Of a DNA stretch of 64,000 nt, positions 1 to 33,183 are shown piece by piece. The stretch covers positions 911,679 to 975,678 of the forward strand of contig JAWQFM010000016.1 in the NCBI GenBank assembly GCA_033442325.1. Direction: 5' to 3'. The position numbers and the translations under genes were made by a program. The DNA comes from Salpingoeca rosetta (lineage: Eukaryota; Protista; Choanoflagellata). The notes beneath the pieces were generated by a model. It had not been told where the DNA came from. It worked only from the letters and a program-made list of their open reading frames with translations, and did not search any database. Within the stretch, counting starts at the first letter, position 1, and every line of letters starts with the position of its first letter.

Positions 1-60
1 CTGCGCATTGCGTGTTCTTATCATTGCCGTGTCTGCCTGTTGCATGTGACAACTGCGCAG

Positions 61-3693
<3,633 letters not shown>

Positions 3694-4078
3694 GTCACAA
3701 CCAGCAACGCACGCAATGTTATGTGATGTGTGTGTGTGTGTGTGTGTGCGTGTGTGTGGTTGACCTTTGCTTCCCTCGCCCGGTACACATGTGCGTGCAT
3801 TTCACGTGAGTTCATTAAACGCAAGGACAACGCCAAAGTAACGAGAAGCAGAGCAACGCAACAACGCACAGTCACAACAAAAGCAATGACAAGCCAGCAT
3901 GCAAGCAACCGCAACAACCGACACGACACAGCATTGCACTCAAGAGGCAAGTCGTCATCCACTCAACTCAACCACTCAACCATTCAACAATCCACCACCC
4001 ATCCATTATCGAACCAAGCATCGACCGAACTCCACCAGCCAGCAGCGCGGCCTGGGCGTCCCGAGGAACACAGCACCG

Positions 4079-4879
4079 TCAGGGGCAGTGCTGGACGACC
4101 TTGTCGCGGAGGGTCTGCACCACGAGTTTCGGGTCCTCAGCCTTGAACACAGCACTCCCTGCCACAATCATGTTCGCACCAGCCTGGCGTGACGATGACG
4201 GCGGTGAGATGTAGTGAGATGTGGTGGGGAGATGATGGTGGTGAGATGTTGGTGGCTGATATCGGTGGAACTGTGCGTGTTGGTTGGCAATGGCGAGCAT
4301 AGACACAAGATTCCCACACTACAAGACACACAGCACCACCACAAACACACGCAACAAGGCACAACAAGACAAGACAAGACACCACACCACACCTTTGCGG
4401 CGGTGTCGATGGTCTTGAGGTTGAGGCCGCCGTCCACCTCAATGTTCAGTTTCGGCGATTTCGCCCGCAGCGTCTTCACCTATCGCGGTGGCACCACGAT
4501 GATGATGCGGTGGCGGCGTGAGGCGGGGGCGTGCACACAGACAGACACAGCAGAACAGGGACAGAGCCAAGCACAAAGCAGTACAGTTCAACGCGCAACG
4601 CAACTCAGCACACACACACAGACACAGACACAGACACAGACACAGACACAGACACAGACACACAGACACACAGACACACAGACACAGACACACACACACA
4701 CACACCTTGTCCATCATGTCGACCATGAAGGACTGGCCGCCAAATCCCGGCTCGACCGTCATGATGAGGACGAGGTCAATGCGGTCCAGATATGGAAACA
4801 GTACATCCACGGGCGTCTTTGGCTTGATCACCATTCCGCACTGCCCAATACACGCGAACGTGCGCGCGCGCGTGTGTGT

Positions 4880-4963
<84 letters not shown>

Positions 4964-6005
4964 TTAGTGAGGAGAGGAGTGAAATTGTGAGGCAGTTCTC
5001 ACTTCGAGGATCGCACAAGTAAGCGCGTGTACACCCACCTTCATGCCGGTCTTGTTAACTTCCTCAATCAGGGCATCCGCATCATCTGGGCAAAGCGAGC
5101 CATACACAAGTCGCAATGTCCAGGGAGTTTGAAAACGAGCATGCAAACGGGCACGAATGCAAGCTGCGTCCTGAAACGCACACACACACACGTGTACACA
5201 CACACACACACATACACACAAACATGCACACACACACACAAATATACAAACACACACAAACAAACACACACACGCACTTGTGGCCTCAAAGTGGAAAGTG
5301 AAGCGGTCGGCGCCAGCAGCGGCCATATCCTTCACCCAGTGCTCCGGGTTGGACACCATCAAGTGGCAGTCTGCACAGCAATGTACACGCACGCAGCAGT
5401 GAGCTGCAAGAGCGAGCCGCAGGCGGTACAAACCAAGGCCAGCGCCAAGGCCGGACAAGGACGCCAACACTTGTTTCTTGCTACACTTGTATCACCACAT
5501 TGAGTTTACGCACCCAAGAACGCTGTGGTGTGCTTGCGCAGGCACTTGACCACCGGTGGGCCAATCGTCAAGTTGGGCACAAAGTGACCGTCCATAATGT
5601 CCACATGCAGGTAATCTAAACAGCACAGCAGCATGACAACAGCAACAGCAACAGCAGCACAGGCAGTGGTTGAGTGTTGAGCCGTGCGACACCACAGCAA
5701 AGCAAACATTCGAACCAATGCACCCGCTTTCCGTCTCCCGCTTTCACACTTAAAACCTTCCTCCCCCTCCATCATGCATTCTCCCTTTCACGCCCACACG
5801 TCCCTTCCACTGTGCGCGCACTCGGGTAAGCACCTGCTGTCCATTGTTCCATGGCCTTTTTGGAGTCTGCAGCCAGCATGGAGAGGTCGCTGGCCAGGAT
5901 GGATGGGCCAACCTGGGCAGGCAGCCCGCTCGCCGTCTTCATGCCTTGGCCCTCGGCAGGCTTCAGCAGTTTGGCTCGCTTCGCAACTTCACCGTCTTCA
6001 GCCAT
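4079..6005 (-). CDS. RPE: Ribulose-phosphate 3-epimerase (multi-exon)
   Basis: Exon peptides [75 protein letters not shown] and [12 protein letters not shown] are diagnostic RPE motifs. Confidence 0.95.
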
Positions 6006-6275
6006 CGCGTCCCGTGTGCGCCTGTGTGTGTGTGTATGTATGTGTGTATGTGTGTGTGTGTGTGTTTGGGGAGCAAGAGGGATGACAACGTGCTCTGCTA
6101 TGCTCTGCTTCACACCAAGAAGAAGTGGCGCGGTGTGTGCCTGTCTGCTTTGGTGGTTGTCAGTGCCTACTACAACTAGGTCAAATCACTGGTGTGGCCT
6201 ATTTCTTTGCCGGTTTTTGTTTTTGTTTCGCGTTTGTTCCCACGACCAACCACCACCAAGCAAGCAACAAGCAAG

Positions 6276-8949
<2,674 letters not shown>

Positions 8950-9295
8950 ACGCAGCATTGTTGCTGCTGGTGTTCCACAGCATCCACACGACGCTGCTTT
9001 CCTTCAACGCGCCCGGGCTGCTTTCCTTCCTTTCCTCTCCCCTTTGCCGCTGCGTGTGCTTGTCGTGCGTGTGTTCGCCCTGATTGTTTGTGTCTGCTTC
9101 TCCAGTGCACCTTTCAACCACCAATACAACCACCAACACAACCACCAACACAACCACCACTGTAACCTCTTCTTCCTTCTTCCACACAAGCTGTGGTGAA
9201 TTATCACGAATATCTCCAATTATTTTTCTACAAAGCCAGGCTCAGCACCGCCACAAACAATCCAACAACACACCAACACCAACAACACCACTAAC

Positions 9296-9952
9296 ATGCG
9301 CGCCACCACCCGCTTCGTTCTGTTCTGTGCGCTCGCTGCCGTTGCAGTGGCCCTGCTTGCTGGCCCTGCAGCCGCGCAGTCCCCAAACAACGGCAGATGG
9401 TACGGCGTCGTCGCATGCGCTTGAGCTTGTTGTGTTTTGCGGTCTTGTGTGACTCGTAGGTGCTGTTTGTTGTTTTAGTGTTTTGGGTGTTGTTTGTTTT
9501 GCCTGCTTCTCTCGTCTTCTTCTGCTTATGTTGAGTTCTTCTGTGTACTTCTTTCGGGTCTCATCTCTCAATCAACTGCACACGCCCTCTCAACACATTT
9601 GATAGTCCGCCCGTTGAGGAGAAGTACAGCCACTTGACGTCCTGCTGCAGCCGCTACAGCAACGGCGACTGCAGAGGTACCGCTAGTGTGTTACTGTGCA
9701 CCCTGTCGTCGTTGTTGTTATTGTCGTTGTTGTCGTTATTGTCGTTGTTGTCGTTTCTTCGGGGCCTTTTGCTTGTCCTAAGTGAGCATTTTGAAGGCGT
9801 CTAACCTCTCCATGGCATAACGGGTGTTTTTTCGGCAGAGTGCTGCGATCTTCAAGCTGCCCGCCGCGTCCTCGTCATTGGTACTGCACGGCATGACGAG
9901 CACATTACATACACCTGATGATCGGCGTTTTCCAACTACAGACCAATTCACA

Positions 9953-9984
<32 letters not shown>

Positions 9985-10455
9985 TGCACGCACACATCGT
10001 GACATGCACCCGCCTTTGGTTGAATTTGCTCGCCCATCCTGCTATCCTACCCAGCAAGCACTCAATCATTGCCCATGTTGCATTGCCCATGACAGCCGTT
10101 TCCGTCTCTGTGGCCGTCTTCGTCATCTGCATCCGTGAGTGCAGCCAGCTCTCCTGCTGTTCTGTCGTTGGTCCTTGCGCTCGGTTGTGAATGGCCCCCG
10201 TGCTCCACACATACAAGCACCCCCCCCCTGCACTTGCACTTGCATAAACACACGCGCACACACTGCCCCCCCCCCCTGCTGCTCCCATGCATCTCACCAC
10301 CCTTCTTGTGTGCATGCGTCTTCTCCTGCACAGTGATTCCCGTGATTTACTGCATGGTGGTTGGCGCGTGCTGCTTCGCGGCCTGCTGCGGCCATTCCCG
10401 CACACACACCACCACATATGTGCACTCTGGTCACGGCTACACGCAAGTCGTCTGA
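9296..10455 (+). CDS. Small (~125 aa) type I membrane protein: signal peptide, 6-Cys ectodomain, TM helix, Cys-rich juxtamembrane tail (Shisa-like/WBP1-like architecture)
   Basis: Exons ~9296-9399, 9606-9677, 9839-9880, 10096-10134, 10334-10455 splice in frame: MRATTRFVLFCALAAVAVALLAGPAAAQSPNNGRCPPVEEKYSHLTSCCSRYSNGDCRECCDLQAARRVLVIAVSVSVAVFVICILIPVIYCMVVGACCFAACCGHSRTHTTTYVHSGHGYTQVV*. Confidence 0.75.
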
Positions 10456-10666
10456 CGTGACGATGATGATGATGATGATGACAAGGTGTGATGTGATATG
10501 GCGCAGCGTGTGCTAAGGCGCACGCACGTCTTTCGCATTTTCACTTTGTTCCATGCCCTGTGGCCGTCTTCTTGTGGTGCCTGAACTGCGTGACATGGTG
10601 CTTTGTGATTCAATCACACCCACGCACACTGCTCTCCCTGCAATCTTTGTTTGTTCATGTGTGTGT

Positions 10667-10717
<51 letters not shown>

Positions 10718-11037
10718 GGCGCTGCTGTTACGTGCACGTCAACCCTCGCCTTGTTTCGTTTGCTGTTTGTGCAAACGCCACCGCCTTAACCAACCACACG
10801 TGCTGCATGTCTGCATGTGTACGTTCTCATCCTTGCGCGCGTGGCTCTCTGCTTTGCACTGCTTTCACATGTCCTGCTTTCACATCCACTGCCTTGCGCT
10901 TCATGCCCTCCTTCTCCTGTCTCGCCTCACTCCCTTCGTGTGTTTCTTGTCTGTTTGTCTGGCTGTGGGATTCACCATTCACAGTTCATTTAAATGAAAC
11001 GAGCAAGCAAGCAAGCAACGTCGCATATGCATGTGTA

Positions 11038-11074
<37 letters not shown>

Positions 11075-11305
11075 GCGTGTGTGTGTGTGTGTGCAGCTGC
11101 CAGTGCAAGCACAAGAGCGAACAACAAAGCTGCATCACTTAGTGTTACATTCCGCTTACACGGTCGTGATATCGTCGAAGAGAAAAGCAAGAGGCAGGGG
11201 AGATGAAGGGTTCAACAAAGAAGCTGGCACAAGCGCCTTCCTCCCATGAACCATCATGAACCATCATGAACCATCATCGTGCGGCATGACGCCATCATCT
11301 CGTCA

Positions 11306-22853
<11,548 letters not shown>

Positions 22854-23037
22854 GTGCAGACAGCAAAGCGGAAAGAGGAGGGAGGACAGGCAAAAGCACA
22901 ACCCCTCAACAACCTGCATGCAGCACACACAACCGCGCGGTTCACGATTGCTGAGTCAGCACTTTTTCCACTGCCGTTTTTCTTGTTTGGTCGTGTCGTT
23001 GCACGTTTGTTTTGGGCGGTCAACTGCAACTGTCAAG

Positions 23038-24240
23038 ATGGCGCGTCGCTCGCGAAGGTGTCGCATGCCGACCATGGCTGCCTGCTGTGCTCCCTGTGCT
23101 CCCTGTGCTTGCTGACCGCTGCCCTCCCCTCAAACCTTCCTTTGCTCTGTGCGTGTGCGTGTGTGTGTCGCAAGCAGGGCCAAGAAGGAGGTCAACTACG
23201 CCATGCTGGATGAGGATTACAACAGCGAAGGTGCTAGCTGCGTGAGCGTGCGCGTGTGTGTCTTCTGCATCCCTGTGTCTCTGTTTGTCTGCGTCAGCAA
23301 TTCCCAAGAGGCTCACCACAACCACTGCTGGTGGGTCGCAGATGACTTTGCGCCGAGTGATGCCAGCGCAGGGAAAAAGTCCAACAACACAACACAGCCG
23401 TGAGTTGGTCCTGATGTGCTGCTGCTGCTGCAAGTCCTTGCTGTCAATCACACCTGAAGTTGTTGAGTTCACGCCCGGTTTTCCTGCTTCCTGTTTTCTT
23501 CACTCACATACGCTCACGCTCACGCTTGCACGCTCGTTCGACAAGCAGCAGCCCAACCAAGCCTCCGCGACGAAAGAGCGTCAACCCTCCCATACTGCCG
23601 TAAGTCAACGCATCGCTTCCTGCCAACACGCACGGCGAGCAGCGTATGCCCTGCTGCCATCAATCTCACACTGTGTTCATTCCTTTTTGTGCAGGGAGGA
23701 TAACGACGAGGAAGCAGAGCAGCTCCGCAAGGCCATCGAGCTCTCCAAACAAGAAGCAGCGGTGCGTTGTGTGTATGTGTGTGCGTGTGTGTGTGTGCGT
23801 GTGTGTGCTTTGGTTGTCGTTTCCTTCCCCCGCCCCACGCTGCCTCCTCACGCTTCTTCGTTCTTTGGACACACTACAGAGTCAGGAGACGGCGCCTGCA
23901 TCTGCGCTGCCAGTGCACCCCGCGTTTGTGTCAGGGAAGAGCAGCAATGAGAGCGGCACGGCGACAGCGGTGAGCGGCAGCAGCAGCAGCAGCACTGAGC
24001 AGCAGACCGACGATGGCGAAGCGACGCTGTCGTCACCGTCACAACAAAACGACACGGCAGCCACCGCAGCGACAGCTGCAGAGGGGGAGGCCGAGGAGCA
24101 GCCGGCAAAGGGGAAGGGAAAGAAGGCAGCGGCAAAGAAGAAGAAGAGCAGCAACTCATCCACGCGCAAGCGGAAGAAGAAATACGACGAGGATGACGAC
24201 TGGGAACTGGAGGCGTTTGGCGGCGGCGGCGGCGGAGACG

Positions 24241-24275
<35 letters not shown>

Positions 24276-25747
24276 TGTTCTGTGTTTGTGTATTTGTTTA
24301 TTTGTGCGCATGTTTGTCTCCCTCTCCCTCTGTGATGATAAATGCCAGCCGGTTTTCCTGCGTTTGCCTGACGCATGTGGTTCGTCCATCCTCACTGCCC
24401 TCATCAACAGCCGGAAGTGACTTTGAACCAGACTTTGATGACTTGGACGATGAGGTGCGAGGTGCATCCATGTATCGCGTGGTCGTATGTCACGTGGTCA
24501 TGTGATCGTTTGCATTGAGTTTTGTCTGCTTGCATGCACACTGGTAATGTCTGCTATGCGTCCACTCTCTGTTCTTGATCGTTAACACATGCCTTTTGCG
24601 CGTTGATGTGTGTGTGTGTGCGTGTGTGTCTGATTTGCAGGATTTTACGCTGGATGACTTTGACGAGAAACCAAAGGTAGGAAGATGCAGAGGGCGGCGC
24701 ACGAAACAACGTTGAAAGAGCGAGACTTGTGGTGCTCCATCAACACACATACACACACGCACACTTACACGCACACGTACATCAACACACACACACACAC
24801 ACACTCACACTTATACATACACATCACACATTGCAGAAGAAGGCGAAGAAGAGCAAAGCAAAGGCGGCAGCACCGAAAGCGGCGGCAACGAAGAAGAAGA
24901 AGAAGGAGAAGACCCCCGCCAAGAGCAGCAAGAAGAAGACAACAACAGCAGCAGCTGCTGCTGCCGAGACAGAAACATCAGCGGGGACCGGTGGCGGTGA
25001 CGCCGATGAAGTGACCACCACCGCCACCAATACCAATACCGCCAATACCACCACCACCACCACCACCAATACGACGACGACCACCACCACCACATCATCG
25101 CCATCGTCACCAGCGTCGTCGTCATTCACACCGCCGTCAGCGGCGGCAGCGGCGGCGGGTGCAGCGACGAAGAAGACAAAGGGAGCAGCGAAATCGCCCG
25201 CGAAGACACAGAAAACCGCAACATCAACACCAGCAGCGAAGAAGAAGAAGAAGGCAGCAGCAGCAACACCCAAAGCAGCAACACCCAAGGCAGCCACCGC
25301 ATCCACGACTGCCGCTGCGTCTGTTGGTCTTCGTCGTGGCAGCAACGGATTCACACCGCCAGCAAAGGCGGGCTCGTCATCATCAACATCACCATCATCA
25401 ACATCGTCCATTGCTCGCTCGCCGGCAGCGCGATCCGGCCTCTCGCGAGCAGGTGCGACAACGGTCGTGATTCATTGGATTGATTCATTGGTTGTTCTGT
25501 GGTTCTTCTCGTTCTTGTTGTTCTTCTTCGTGTTCTTGCTTTGGTTTTTGGACCTCACACCTTGTGTTCCCACCACGCCTCCCCACCCCTTAATCCTAAC
25601 TGCCACCACCACCACCACTGGCATTTCACTGCAGGGCCGCGTGACTCGAACCCCTTGGGCGGGGTGAAGATCCCTGGAGGAAACGTCCGCTACCGCGTCG
25701 GCCTTTCTCGCCGCTCGCGCCCGCCCCCACTCCACTCGCAGTCGTGA
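23038..25747 (+). CDS. RAD51AP1/NUCKS1-like disordered, Lys-rich nuclear protein
   Basis: Spliced N-terminus MARRSRRAKKEVNYAMLDEDYNSEDDF, UIM-like EEAEQLRKAIELSKQE, acidic SGSDFEPDFDD, K/T/A-rich body and C-terminal RYRVGLSRRSRPPPLHSQS*. The ends resemble the recalled RAD51AP1 termini (RHKKPVNYSQF...; LRLGLSRLARVKPLHP). Confidence 0.7.
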
Positions 25748-26361
25748 TTGCTGCTGCTGGTTGATGTGAGTCAGGTTGTTACGTAAACATGACTGGCCTG
25801 CTGTGATGTGTATGGTTCGACGTGAGTTACAGCGAGTGGCTGTGGCGCTGCTGATAATGGTGCAGCACAGCATGAACACGCACACGCGCACACATGATAT
25901 GATGTCTTGTTCTCTTTCACTGTGGCTTTGTGCGTTGTTGTGGTTGCGTGTGCTTACGGTTGCACGTGTATTTGTGCCCCCTTGTGTTTTCTTCGTCTTA
26001 ATTTTGCTCTCGATAAGTGACGTGCTTTTGTGCTTTTGTGTTTTGTGATTGCGTGTACGCGAAGTGAACAAACGAACGAACGAACCATCCAACCAACCAA
26101 AAGCACAAACCACGGACCCATGAAGTCACTAGTTGCTGGCAAGGGGTTGAAACCGATGGTGAGAATGAAGACAAGAAATGACCGAAGGAGGAATACCACA
26201 CACGACACACACGACGCACACTCGGGAAAGAAAGACAGGGAACGATTGCACAATACGCACTTGCCCAAAGCAAACGCTCTCTCTCTTCTCTCCGCAATTC
26301 CTCTCCCTCTCGCTGTGTCTCACGCAGAAGCCAAACAGATGCACGACAGCGTGCACTGGAA

Positions 26362-28052
<1,691 letters not shown>

Positions 28053-28159
28053 CTTCGCTTCTGCTCTCTTGCTTTGTGCTGGCAGTGAGAGTGGTGTCAA
28101 CGTTGGTTGGTTGGTTGGTGTGTTGGCTGTTGTGTTGGGATTTGTGGAGTGGCATTTCT

Positions 28160-28577
<418 letters not shown>

Positions 28578-28721
28578 CTGCCACACATCATCTCCCACCA
28601 TTTCACTCTCACCGTTCACTTTCGACCTTACATACACACTCTCACAGCGGCTGCTTTTACGCAATGTGGGAGGACAACAGAAAGGAAACAACAACAACAA
28701 CAACAACAGGGCAGGGCAATG

Positions 28722-28860
28722 TTAGACAGGCATGGTGTTGGGCTGGTCTGTCGTGTGTGTCGTGGAGTTTGGCGGTGGCGAGGGATCCTTGATCGTCTTG
28801 ATGCAGTTCCACCGCCCGTTCAGGTTCTGCTTGTACAACTTGGTCACCCCCTGTGCATCA

Positions 28861-28944
<84 letters not shown>

Positions 28945-29654
28945 GATATGGCATTAGAGGTAATGGCTGCATGCGCACCATTGAAACAGGTGCCCTGAGC
29001 ATCTTCCTTCTCCCCCCCCCGTTCTCGCTTCAACTCTATCATTCCTCCCTCATTTCAACCCCCTCCTTCTCTTTCGCCCTCCCCCCTGTCCTTCTCCCAT
29101 CCACCTCCACTTCTCTCCCCAGCCCGTCCCTTCTTCTCCCCTCGAGCGCACCGTACTGTCGCCGCACGCCACGGCGAGGACGTTGCCGGCGAGCGACCAG
29201 CTCACGCGCCACACGGGCAGATCCGCCGTGTCGCCGAGCTGCTGCGCATGCTGGTGGGGCGGGGGTTGGATGGAGTGGGGAGGGTGAAGGTGGGGAGGTG
29301 TGAGGAAGGTTGGGTTCTGTTTGGGAGACACAGACACAAGATACAGATGCAGAGGCACGCATGCAAGCAAGCATACACACACGACACACAATCATACACA
29401 CATACACATACATACAATCAGACACACACACGCACAAATCACCAACCCATTCGCCAGACGCGTGGTCCTTCGAATAGACAAAGACGGCGTTGTCCTGCCC
29501 ACATGACGCAATCGTGGCCGCAGCGAGGCCAATCTGTGGTGCCCACGACACATCACGCACCCACGCTGGTGGTGGAGGGATGATGTTGGAGGGGAGTAGA
29601 GAATGGAACGACTCATACGTGAGCGAAGCACAAATCTTTGATGCCAAGACATGG

Positions 29655-29691
<37 letters not shown>

Positions 29692-29706
29692 AATCACACA
29701 CACCAA

Positions 29707-29751
<45 letters not shown>

Positions 29752-30082
29752 AATCACACACACACACACACACACACACCAATCACACACATTGGTGGAC
29801 GACGGGGAGGCGCTCTTCCTCGTCCCAGACGGTCTCGTGTCCCTGCTCCCGCGTGCCCTTGTAGATCTTCACCTCCGTGTCGCACCCGCACGCAACCAGC
29901 CGGTACTCCCCGTGCACGTCCGCATGTGTCTGTGATGTGAGTGAGAGGTGACGTGAGGGTGGGGTGACGTGAGAGGTGCGGTGCGTGTGTGTGGTACACA
30001 GTTATAGGGACTCGTGAGCAGCCACACCAGAACAACACCCCATCTCCTGCACCCTCCATGCACACACGCACACATGCACACA

Positions 30083-30113
<31 letters not shown>

Positions 30114-31510
30114 GCACACACACACACGTGTCACACGCAACAACAACACCAAACAAATCAAACACTACCCACACCACCCTCCTCCACCCTCCTCCCCCCT
30201 TCTTCCCACAAGGCCGCAGCGCTCACAAAGGCGACGGAGGGCGGGGCCCAGCTGATGCCGAGGACGCCGTTGAGGAAGGCCGGGTCGTCGTGGTGCGCAA
30301 CCTCGGAAAAGTGCCACTGCCCGTCTGTCAGCGTCAGCAGCGAGATCTGGCCCTCGGAGGTGCCGATGGCAAGCTGGAGCGCATCCTCATGCGGCGACCA
30401 CGCAATCGTGTTCACTAGCATGCGCAGCACACGCACGTGGAGATAGGGGGTGGGGTAAGAAAGGGAGGGGGGTGAAGGAAGGAAGGTGTGGGAGCAAGCT
30501 TGGAGAGCAGCACGCGGGGCACATGAGTTGTCAGGTTGAATGAACACAAGCGCTGTCCATTCCCATCTCAACACGACCATAACTGACTTGATCCGGCCTT
30601 TGGGTCTGTGTGACGATGTGCGGCAATCCAGCCAGACTCAACCTCCTCCCAAATAATCACCTGGTGTGAGCATGTGTGCGCGTGTGAGTGTGTGTTCATG
30701 AGCGATTGTACAAGCATGAACACACATCAGCTGCCACGAAAATACACAACATACCATTCCTCACACGCACACACACACACACATACACACACACACACAC
30801 AATCACACACAATCACACACACCGTCTTGTCTGCTGAGCATGACGCGAGGTAGTTGCCGTGTTTCGGGTTGGCCCACGCCACCTGCCACACAGGTCCACT
30901 GTGCCTGTATGTGACACGAAGATAAGAAGACGAGGGTGAATATTTAAACGGGGAAAGAGAGGGAACAGAGGCAAGCTGGTGGAGCGCTCAAACAAGAGTC
31001 AAGCGTGGCGCACGACAAGGAAGACCTCACGGTGAAACCAAACATAACCAAGGTGTTTCAGTCGTGCTCTCACCCTTGCACGGTCTGTTCAAGCTCATGC
31101 CGCCCTTCCTTGACTCGGAAGATCTTGATGGTCTTGTCAGTGGAGCACGTAGCCAGTCGGTCGCCGTAAAAGTCCAACTGGGCATCATGCTGCGTATGTG
31201 TGTGCGTATGTGTGTTTGTGTGTGTGTGTATGTGTGTATGTTGCAAACATGCGCTGTGAGTCTGAGCATGGCAAATCCACCATGCATTCGTACAAACACG
31301 CACACACACACACACACAACCACGCACACACACACACAACCACGCACACAACCACGTACACGTACGCACGTACCACCATGTCGGTGTGCATGGTGTCGAG
31401 GGTTTGAAGTGGCTCCACCTAACGGCACACAAGAGGTTGCATGCATGGTGAACGAGAAAGATATTGACGAAGAAACAGTGAATCATCCCTTCACACCCAC
31501 TGCACACCCA

Positions 31511-31575
<65 letters not shown>

Positions 31576-31603
31576 CACACACTCTCCACACACTGCCCAC
31601 CAT
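28722..31603 (-). CDS. SEC13: SEC13 WD40 protein (COPII / nuclear pore / GATOR2 component)
   Basis: [81 protein letters not shown] and [19 protein letters not shown]. The ATG-only first coding exon at 31601-31603 is inferred from caagATG|gtggg. Confidence 0.93.
28862..28943. repeat. (GTT)n/(CAA)n trinucleotide tract in the last SEC13 intron
   Basis: Directly visible; lies just upstream of the acceptor of the GVTKLYK exon. Confidence 0.9.
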
Positions 31604-32004
31604 CTTGTCAGCTGTTGTGCTTCTGTCGTCGTACACAAAGCGGTTGTAGAAGATTTGTGTATGATACCAGTTATTTTTCGGTGGCAGGCCTCGCCACACC
31701 ATACAGCAACGGACAACGCCAACAACACCCTGCAACCCACGTCGCTCCAAAACATCGGCGTTGTACAGACACGCAACAAGGGCAAGGGCAAGGCAAACCA
31801 GGGACCCAAAGAGGCAGACAGACAGACAACCAACCATTTACAACCTCAACCCTACCAGCAAACGCAAGTGAGTGAGGCAAGCTGAAGAACGCAGCAGGCT
31901 GACGACAAGAAGGAGCAGCAAGGAAGCAACCCTGACCTGCTTTTGTTTGTATTTTATGTGTTTGTGTGTGTGACAACACACGACGTCTTCGCGGGAATGA
32001 ATGC

Positions 32005-33183
32005 ATGGCGTGGCCCACGCTGATGCTCTCGGCCCGGACCTTGCTGAGTGGCGGTGGAGCATGGCTGGTCGGCAAGGGACGCCCCATCGCCGCCGCAAGA
32101 TCGGCGCTGGCAGGATCGCTGTGCTCAGACAGCCGTCGTCACGTGCAACGTCAAGCACCCACGGAGCAGAGCGAAGCCGCCCCGCTGCCAGCTATCCATA
32201 ACGACGACGACAACAACCACAACAACAACAACAACAGCAACAACAACAACAACAACAACAACAACAACCATAACAACAACCATAACAACAACCACAACAT
32301 CGATGTGTCAGAATGCAACACCGGCAAGAATGGCAACGACGACAAGGGCTCGCCTGTTGAGGACCTGCTGTACAAACCGCAGCAGCAGCGCGTAGAGTTG
32401 TCGCCATCCTCTTCGCAGCCGCCACCACGCGACATCATCAGCTTCAGCGGTTGCGGGTGGATGCTGGCCTATCATATTGGCGTCGCACACGCCTTTGTTG
32501 AAGCAGGCCGTGTGCAGGACCACACACGGCTGGCGGGTGCGTCTGGCGGTGCGCTGATTGCCGCTTTGCTCGGATGCGGCCTGGACCCCGTCACCACCCT
32601 CGACCTGTTTCTCGAGCACGCGCAGTTCTGCAACGAGAACGGCACGTGGTGGAAGCTCAAGCGCTACCTGACAGAGATGCTGGACCGCACTCTGCCCGAC
32701 GACGCGCACGAGCTCTGTTCCGGTCGCGTGTCCGTCGCCCTCACCCGCATCTGGCCGCGCCCGCGCTGGCGGCCCATCCTCGTGCGCCACTTCCCGACGC
32801 GCGACGACCTCATATCCGCGCTGGTGGCGTCGTGCATGGTCCCGGGGTACCTCGACTCTGCGCTCGTCACCCGCTTCCGCGACATGTACGTGATTGACGG
32901 CGGCGTGTTGCATCTCGTGCCGCACATTGCCGGTGCTGTCAAGGTCTCGCCGTTCTCGTCGTTCTTCCTCCGCTCCCAAAGCGCGCACATTGACATCAGC
33001 CCGCGCCTGACGCCCGACTTTCCCTACACGGACAACCAAACGTGGAGCCTGTGCTTCTACCCGGCGGAGGAGGCGGTCACGCGCGACATCTACGAGTGGG
33101 GCCGCACAGCTGCCGATATCTGGCTGCAGGAATCGCCACGCGGCCTCCCGCTCTGTAACCGCGACACAAGCGCCGTCGCGTGA
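32005..33183 (+). CDS. Patatin-like phospholipase / triglyceride lipase (PNPLA2/4-like), intronless
   Basis: Uninterrupted ORF with SFSGCGWMLAYHIGV oxyanion region, GASGG nucleophile elbow, LVASCMVPGY and YVIDGG catalytic Asp motif; poly-Asn linker. Start codon chosen as the first in-frame ATG. Confidence 0.9.
   Translation: MAWPTLMLSARTLLSGGGAWLVGKGRPIAAARSALAGSLCSDSRRHVQRQAPTEQSEAAPLPAIHNDDDNNHNNNNNSNNNNNNNNNNHNNNHNNNHNIDVSECNTGKNGNDDKGSPVEDLLYKPQQQRVELSPSSSQPPPRDIISFSGCGWMLAYHIGVAHAFVEAGRVQDHTRLAGASGGALIAALLGCGLDPVTTLDLFLEHAQFCNENGTWWKLKRYLTEMLDRTLPDDAHELCSGRVSVALTRIWPRPRWRPILVRHFPTRDDLISALVASCMVPGYLDSALVTRFRDMYVIDGGVLHLVPHIAGAVKVSPFSSFFLRSQSAHIDISPRLTPDFPYTDNQTWSLCFYPAEEAVTRDIYEWGRTAADIWLQESPRGLPLCNRDTSAVA

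Noticed and set aside
28722-29042. Apparent poly-Gln ORF at the SEC13 C-terminus
   Set aside because: The (CAA)n tract is upstream of a cag acceptor and lies within the intron.
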